Below are positions 51,964-64,000 of a DNA stretch of 64,000 nt, piece by piece (within the stretch, counting starts at the first letter, position 1; every line of letters begins with the position of its first letter). Position numbers and translations under genes: made by a program. The notes below the pieces were generated by a model. That model did not search any database. It saw nothing but the letters and a program-made list of their open reading frames with translations, and was not told the origin of the DNA. This stretch comes from Eimeria praecox (Eukaryota), in contig OY986948.1 of assembly GCA_963920595.1 (NCBI GenBank), forward strand, positions 744,001 through 808,000. The letters are read 5' to 3'.

Positions 51964-52023
<60 letters not shown>

Positions 52024-52724
52024 AACTTTCTTCGTTAAACTCGTAGATACACCTCGCTTAGTTTCTTCTACGTACTTCGAGATATATTAACCTCCTTAAG
52101 ATATATTTTATAGATACACTTCACGTAGTTTCTTCTACATCCATAGAAATATATTAAACTACTTAAAATAATAATGTATTAAACACGTAGATTTTCTTCC
52201 TGAATATACTTGTACAGATGTTGTAGATAAACACATGATAGGCGCATACATATACTTTCTCGATAGAAACAGATATATCGTTTGTTTGTTTATAAGTTCT
52301 TTTTTAGATTGTATTTAATCGAATATAGAGAAATACAGAGAGAGAATGAGCTAGAAAATAAATTAATTGATGCGAATCGACGTTATCGGTTCCAATACAG
52401 AAAAAAAACAGAAAGCTGTTGATAAGATGGAGAAGAAGAAGAAGAATTAACGTCCATCGAACGTAAATATAATAATCATACAAGAAATAACATTGTATAA
52501 AAACTATAAACCAAAACATTCATGAAAATAGAAGAAAAATAGAAAAAGAAGAAGAAAAGAATGGAGGAGGCACAGAACGGCATTCCTGTTTTCGGGTGTA
52601 TGTGCAGGTCAACTTCTTCGTACATGTTTGGTGATTCGGTGGAATCTGAAAGAAAAATAAATATATATATATATTTGATATGATGAACAGATTGTGTATC
52701 TTTGAAACATATTTATAAATAGAT

Positions 52725-55785
<3,061 letters not shown>

Positions 55786-55848
55786 GGGAAGAGTAAGTAG
55801 GATAAAAACATAAAATAAATAAATAAAAAAAAGAAAAGAAGATATGTT

Positions 55849-56952
55849 TCATGCGTCATAAGCAGCCAGTCTATCCTTGCGTACACCTGAGAGAAAACAC
55901 AAAAACAAGAAAAACATATAATTTGTGTAGTTTATATTTATAATTTAATTAAAAAAAAACAAATAAATAAATAAATAAAAATAAAGATATAATAATATAA
56001 AGATTCTACATATATCGATACATATAAATCAAAACAAAGTCAAATATAAAATAATTCTGAGGTGTACAGACAGCTCAAGTGTTTATTCTATTTAATTTAA
56101 ATATATTAGATATATATATACCAAATTGCGTCATTTCTCTGTCTATCTTCTTTACTTTCTTTCTTTTCTTCTCGTTCTCTTCTTTCTGTGCTTCTCCTCG
56201 TCTCCAACGTTTTTGCTTAAATGCAGCAGCCTCTTTCTAAAGAAGATAATACAAAGACAATTATATATGTATGTATATATATATATATAGATATATAGAT
56301 ATATCTATATAGATATATATAGATATATAGATATAGATATAGATAGATAGATATAGATATAGATATATAGATATATATAGATATTAAATTACTTGATTTA
56401 ATATATAATAATTAATATTTATTACAATAATCTATCTTATAAATAAGCAGGAAACAATTCGTCTTCATTGTCTTAAAAATCTAAGCTGTGCGGTGTATCT
56501 ACAGCTCTACAAATATTTCTAAAAAAATAATAAAAACAAGAAAAAACAAAAAATAAAAAAATAGTAAATACAGAAAACAATAAATAATAAAGACAGAAAA
56601 AACAACAAATAATAAAACAACAAATAATAATATAAAAACAAATAATAATTTTAAAAACAGCATATAATATAAAAACAACAAACAATAATTAAGACAAACA
56701 ACAAATAATAATTAAAACAAATAAAAAATAATAAAAAACAAATACAAAATAATAAAAAAACAAAACAAAAGCAATAAACAATGAACAAACAAATAAAAAC
56801 AAATAAAGAAACAAATAAAAAAATAATTAAAAAAACATAAAAAATTAAAAAAAACAAATAAATATAAACAAATAAAAACAAATACAAAATAATAAACAAA
56901 CAAATACGAAATACTAAACAAACAAATAAAAACTAATAATACAACAAACAAA

Positions 56953-57003
<51 letters not shown>

Positions 57004-57883
57004 CTACTTACCTCTCGTTCCCTGAAGGGCGCTAACTTTTTTAGAGACACACGAGCGTTCAACTCGGCGTCAGTGCTGAGAAGAAACACAAAATTAAATT
57101 AAATTAAATTAAATTAAATTAAATTAATTTAAATTAAATTAAACTAAATTAACATTCAGAATTACAAAATAATAAAATAAAATAAAATAAAATTAAAATA
57201 GAATAAAATAAAATTAAAAAATAAAATAAAAAAATAAAATAAAAACAAAAAAACAAAACAAACTCCTTCGACGACGCTTTCTTCGCTTCCCACTGGAATA
57301 TGTATAAACATATAAATAAATAAATAATTTTATTTATTATATTTTTTAAATAAATAAATAAATAAATAAATTAAATAGATAAATAAATAAATAAACAAAC
57401 AAACAAACAAATAAACAAGAAAGCAAACAAACAACCAAAAAAAGACAAACAAATAAAATAAATAAATAAAAATAACTAAAATAAATAAAATAAATAAAAT
57501 AAATAAAATAAATAAAATAAATAAAATAAAATGAAATAAAATGAAATAAATAAAATAAATAAAAACAAATAAATAAAGACAAACAAACAAATAAAAAGTG
57601 CATAAAAATAAATAGATAAAATAAACAAACAATAAACAAACAAACTAAAATAAAATAAATAAAATAAATAAAATAAATAAAATAAATAAAATAAATAAAA
57701 TAAATGAAATAAATAAATATAAATATATTAGTAGTACAGTACATACGAGTTGAGTATATCTTCTGTTGTCATTCCATAACTGTACGGTTCAACATTTCTA
57801 TATTTGAATCGTGTTAGTAAATCTCCTCCTATGATATCTTCATAATCTAGTTCAAAATATTCGTTTAAACAACTCTGCAGCAA

Positions 57884-57929
<46 letters not shown>

Positions 57930-58117
57930 ATAGTGGTGGTGATAGTGTCGACATTCTCAGCTTCAAAGTTTTTAGGAGGCTTCAAACAAACAAAAATAAA
58001 AAATAAAAACAAATAATAATTGCTAGAAATAAACGTAAATACAGAGAAATACAACACATGCAGCAGCAGCAGCAGCAACAGCAGCAACCACAGCAGCAAC
58101 AACCACAGCAGCAGCAA

Positions 58118-58149
<32 letters not shown>

Positions 58150-58743
58150 GAAACAGCAACTACTATCAGCAGCAACCAGCAGCAGCAGCAATCACCATCA
58201 ACAGAAATCACCAACAACAGCAACAGCAGCAACAACAGCAGCAGCAACAGCAGCAGCAACAGCAGCAGCAATCACCAACAACAGCAATCACCAACAACAG
58301 CAGCAGCAACAACAGCAGCAGCACCAGCAGCAACAGCAGCATACGTTGCAGTGTATGGGAACAGTCTTTTTAATAAATTGATGCGGATGACGAATATTAC
58401 GAAAACAAATTTTACAGAGAGTGAAATTAGGACACACTCGACAATCATATCTAAAAACAAATAAACAAAACAAATTTAATTTAATTTAATTTAATTAATT
58501 TAATTTAATTTAATTTAATTTAATTCAATTTAATTTAATTTAATTAATTTAATTAATTTAATTTAATTAATTTAATTAATTAAACTAATTTAATTAATTT
58601 AATTAATTAAATTAATTTAATTCAATTTAATTTAATTTAATTTAACGGGTTTGGGTTGTCTATAGTAAAATATAAGAAATAAAAAAAGAAAATACAAACT
58701 TCAGATAGATAGATAGATAGATAGATAGATGAAGGAAAGAGAG

Positions 58744-58828
<85 letters not shown>

Positions 58829-59281
58829 ATAGAGTGTTATAAAGAAGAACAAGGTGCGCATACACCCGAGCATAACAGCAGCAGCATCTCTGCAGCCCTT
58901 AGAGTCTTTAGGGGTTTGTGCGTCTTTGAATGTGCGAGCTAGGGTTTAGGGTTTAGGGTTTAGGGTTTGGAGTTGACGGGCTTGAATATGAGGCAGAGGG
59001 ACTTGAAATTCAGAAACAAGGGTTTAGGGCTTAGGGTTTTGCGTCTAGGGTTTAGCGTCTAGGGTTTAGGGTCTAGGGTTTAGGGTCTAGGGTTTAGGGT
59101 CTAGGGTTTAGGGTCTAGGGTTTAGGGATTAGGGTTTAGGGTCTAGGGTTTAGGGTCTAGGGTTTAGGGTTTCTAACCTTTTCTTTCCTCCTCGTATTCC
59201 CCTACCACATCCATCACACATCCACCATTCCGCTTGCTGTCCTTCTTCTTCTTCTTCTTGCTGCTGCTGCTGTTCTGCTGC

Positions 59282-59313
<32 letters not shown>

Positions 59314-59375
59314 TTGCTGCTGCTGCTGTTTCTGATGCTGCAGTAGATGCTGCGTCTGTGTATGTCTCCTCTTCT

Positions 59376-59412
<37 letters not shown>

Positions 59413-59782
59413 CTTGCTGCTGCTGCTGCTGTTCTTCTTCTATATTATCTTCAGCATATCCCTCTACAGATTGTGCTTGTCTCTGTCTTTTTTTTTGTAA
59501 TTTAATTAATTTTTTTTGTTTTTTAGTTAAATAATTTATATCTGTTTCTTGAGATGTCGATAAAACATCAACACATGATTCAGGAATAGCTGAAAACATA
59601 CAACATGCAGTAAATTCGGGTGTACGTACACCTCAAATTAATTATAGCAATTAATAATAGTATTAATTATAATAATAATTAGTAATAGGTAGAATAATAA
59701 GAATAATTAGTAGTAATAATAATAATAATAATAATAAAGATAAACAACGAAGCAGACAGCAGAAACAGCAGCAGAAACACAT

Positions 59783-59832
<50 letters not shown>

Positions 59833-60906
59833 GAGAATCGTCCTCTGTCTTCTACGTTATTATAATTAATTAAAAATATTTAAACTAATAATAAACATAA
59901 CTACTAATTACTACTCTAAACCCTAAACCCTAAACCCTAAACCCCAAACCCTAACCTCTAACCTCTAAACCCTATATAAACCCTATATAAACCCTATATA
60001 TAAACCCTATATAAACCCTATATATAAACCCTATATATAAACCCTCTATAAACCCTCTATAAACCCTGAATAAACCCTAAACCCTAAACCCTAAACCCTA
60101 TCTAAATACCTAATATATCATGTTTTTCTTCTGTCTGTTGATATTCTTCTCCAAACAACTTCCCCATTTCTTCATCGTGAGTCGAAGGATCGAAGTCCGT
60201 ATCTAAATCTAATACAGCACTCACAGCTGCAGCAGCAGCAGCAGCAGCAGCAGCACAAGCAGCAGGATTAGCAATAGCAGCAGCAGCAGCACAAGCAGCA
60301 GCAGCAGCAGCAGCACAAGCAGCAGCAGCAGCAGTACGATGTCTTGGATGTATATAACCCAGCAGCAGAAAGAAATGGCGCAGCAGCAGAAAAGACAACA
60401 ACAACAGCAGCAGCAGCAGCAAGAGGAGAGACAGCAGCAGCTGCTGCAGCAACACCAGCTGTATATACAGCATATACATTCCTATCTATTTATTTTTCTA
60501 TCTGCCTGTATATATATATATATATACATTTAAAATTTAAAACATAGAATAAATATAATACAAAGCCGCATAAATAACAAAACATCCTAACAAATTATCC
60601 CGCCTGCATGCATCTAAACCCTAAACCCTAAACCCTAAACCCTAAACCCTAAACCCTAGGTCTTACTGGCGTCATCAAGTCCTCCTATTTCTCTAATCAT
60701 TTCTAATCTTTTTCGAATTTCTTCTTTCTTAATATTTTTGAGTCGCTTCAACTCCTCTTGTCGTTGAATCTGGCTCACCACACAAACCCTAAACCCTAAA
60801 CCCTAAACCCTAAACCCTAAACCCTAGGAGGCTGGAGGTGGAGTATCACTAACTTTAAAACAAGTTTTATAAAGATAAATTGATGTATTCTTTATTATAC
60901 TATAAG

Positions 60907-61003
<97 letters not shown>

Positions 61004-62650
61004 CAAGAGCGGCAGAGAGAGGCAGAGAGAGAGAAAAAGAATTAGATTATAAATAAAATAAACAAAACAATAATAATGCAGTTTAGTTCCTACACTCTCT
61101 TAAATTATATTATAAATAAAATAAACAAAACAATAATAATAAAGTTTATATCTCACACTCTCTTCTAACTTTCTTTGTTTCTTTCTTTCTCTTGCTTTCT
61201 TTCTTCTATCATCTGTCTGCCGAACAGAAGAAGAGACAATGCGAGGGTAGGATTGTATGGTGTCTCCTCCTTCTTCTTCAAACCTAATAATAATAAATAA
61301 TTAATAATAAATAATAATAAACAATAATAAATAATAAATAATAAATAATAAATAATAAATAATAGATAATAAATAATAAATAAATAATTATAGACAAATA
61401 CATTTAATTAAGTATATTTGGTATTGTTATAATGAATATAAATACAAAGTAATAATAGAGGGACAAGTGTAAATATAAATATAAATATAAATATAAATAT
61501 AAATATAAATATAAATATAAATATAAATATAAATATAAATATAAATATAAATATAAATATAAATATAAATATAAATATAGATATAAATATAAATATAGAT
61601 ATAAATATAAATATAAATATAAATATAAATATAAATATAAATATAAATATAAATATAAACATAAATATAAATATAAATATAAATACGTATAAACATAAAC
61701 ATAAACATAAACATAAACATAAATATAAATGTAGATATAGATATAGATATAATATAGATATAGATATAGATATAGATATAGATATAGATATAAATATAAA
61801 TATAAATATAAATATAAATATAAATATAAACACAAATATAAATATAAATGTAAAAACAAATACAAATATAAGTATAAATATAGAGATAAATATATTTATA
61901 AATATATATATTTATTTATTTATAAATAAACAGATAAATAGATAAAACAAGTAAATCAGCAAACAAACAAACAAGTAAATAAATAAATAAAATAAATAAA
62001 TAAACAATAAATTAAACAAATAAATAAATAAATAAACAAATAAATAGATAAATAAATAAAATGATAGGCAGGCAAATGAATAAATAATAAATAGATAATA
62101 AATTAATAAATAATAAATAATAAATAAATAGATAAATACATAGATTATAATAAATAAATAATAAATAAATAAGCAACAAATAAATAAATAATAAATAATA
62201 AATAATAAATAATAAATAATAAATAATAAATAATAAATAATAAATAATAAATAATAAATATTTATTTATTATGTATTAATAAATAAAATAATAAATAATA
62301 AATAAATAAAAATAAATAAATAATAAATAAATAATAAATAAAATATAAGTAAGAACGTATACCTGAAGTTGTATGAAGCCTCAAATGCCTCTGCCTCTTC
62401 TACTTGTTTTTCATCTTCTTCTTCATCACTAAGACAAACAAAAATAAATTAAATAAATAAATAAAATAAATAATTAAGTAAATTAAATTAATTAAATTAA
62501 ATTATTTAAATTAAATTAATTAAATTAATCAAATAAAATAAAAAATTGAGTAAATAATTAAATCTATGGGAAAAAAAGAAATAAATAAATATAAAAACAA
62601 ACAACACAACAAATAAATAAATAAATAAACAACATAACAAACAAATAAAA

Positions 62651-62693
<43 letters not shown>

Positions 62694-63091
62694 GATAAAA
62701 ATAAGCAAAGCCTCAAACACAAGCACAAACACAAAAGAAGAAGAGTAATAAAAATATACAAATAATAAAAAAATAATAAAATAAAAATAATAAAATAATA
62801 AAATGATAGTAAATAAAAATAATAAAACAAAACAAAATAAAAAATTAATTAAAAAATAAAAAAATAAAATAAAATAATAATATGTAAAAACAATAAAACA
62901 CTCATTTATAATAAAACAACAAAATATTTAATTAATACGAATAAAATAAAAATAATAAAATAAAAAATAATAAAATAAAAAATAATAAAATAAAAAATAA
63001 TAAAATAAAAAATAATAAAATAAAAAACAATAAAATAAAAAAACACTAAAATAAAAAACACCAAAATAAAAAACAATAAAAAATAATAAAA

Positions 63092-63142
<51 letters not shown>

Positions 63143-63312
63143 ATACAAAGTAATAAGATAAGATTTAATGGTATGTGTCTCCTTCCTACATATCGTGTTT
63201 AATATTTTTAATATTATCTTTGTCTTCTCTCCAATATTCGTTTAATATATAATCGCGTAGATATCTATCTTTCTCATCTAATTCGTCATCATCAGCTGCA
63301 GCACAAACACAG

Positions 63313-63347
<35 letters not shown>

Positions 63348-63377
63348 TGCTGTTGCTGCTGTTGCTGCTGCTGTTGC

Positions 63378-63409
<32 letters not shown>

Positions 63410-64000
63410 CTGCTGATGTTGCTGCTGATGATGCGGTTGTTGGTGTTGCTGTCGGTGCTGCTGTTGCTGCTGTTGCTGCTGCTGCTGCGGTTGTTGGTGT
63501 TGCTGTTGTTGTTATTGCTGCTGCTGCTGCTGCTGCTACTTGAGCTCGAGCAACCTTCGTTTGCGTTTAGGGTTTAGGGTTTAGGGTGTCTGTACACCTC
63601 AGACTCACCCCAAATACGAGACAAAACCGCATCCGATGCTACTCCTCTCCGTGAGTTCTTCGCCTGCAATACAACAAACCCTAAACCCTAAACCCTAAAC
63701 CCTAAACCCTAAACCCTAAACCCTGAAAGTAGTATGAAGTGTTTGTGTAGGGTTAAGATACAAGGATTGTGGTTTATGGGAATGTTAGACGACTTTCTAA
63801 TTAGGGTTTAGGGTTTAGGGTTTAGGGTTTAGGGTTTACATCTATGAATTGTTTATATTCAGCTTCTTCTTTTTCTATTTCTTTCTCTCCTTTTCTTTTT
63901 AACTGCAGCAGAGCATCTTCAGGTGTATCTGCAGCTTCTTCATCTTCTGCTGCTGCTAAGAACGATTGCTTCAGAGCCCTCATCTCATCATCATACGAAG
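55849..64000 (-). CDS. KRI1: KRI1-like 40S ribosome biogenesis protein with inserted ZZ-type zinc finger (5' end outside window)
   Basis: Exons include 55849-55886, 56122-56236, 57012-57075, 57747-57979, 58345-58450, 59178-59589, 60110-60208, 60667-60769, about 61156-61283, about 62363-62430 and about 63190-63295. Motifs: [116 protein letters not shown] and terminal RLAAY. Confidence 0.92.

Overview
Eukaryotic, intron-rich DNA with the signature of a repeat-rich segment of an Eimeria (coccidian apicomplexan) genome: pervasive CAG/CTG triplets, interstitial telomere-like AAACCCT/TTTAGGG arrays, TGCATGCA and (AGCT)n. Most ORFs in the supplied track are low-complexity artefacts. By hand-splicing I can support about ten genes. 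In order: a 5'-truncated poly-Ala/Gln protein; a 12-exon MutY/MUTYH adenine glycosylase (+); a single-exon membrane protein (-); an enkurin-domain protein (-); a 6-exon MetX-family acyltransferase resembling the fungal Cys2/CysA serine O-succinyltransferase type (-); an intronless XRCC3-like RAD51 paralogue (+); a large multi-exon hypothetical (-); CstF-77/RNA14 (+); a small possibly secreted protein (+); and KRI1 with an inserted ZZ-type zinc finger (-, 5' end beyond the window). The most notable observations are: the Cys2-like enzyme and its apparent GA-AG intron; a GC-AG intron in MutY; an inverted triplication covering a CstF-77 splice donor; a duplicated in-phase CstF-77 exon fragment; a perfect 23-bp palindrome in a divergent promoter; a 22-bp palindromic telomere-derived satellite; and a highly iterated dispersed 14-bp palindrome GGTGTAYRTACACC. 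All family assignments rest on motif recognition from memory; no database searches were run.
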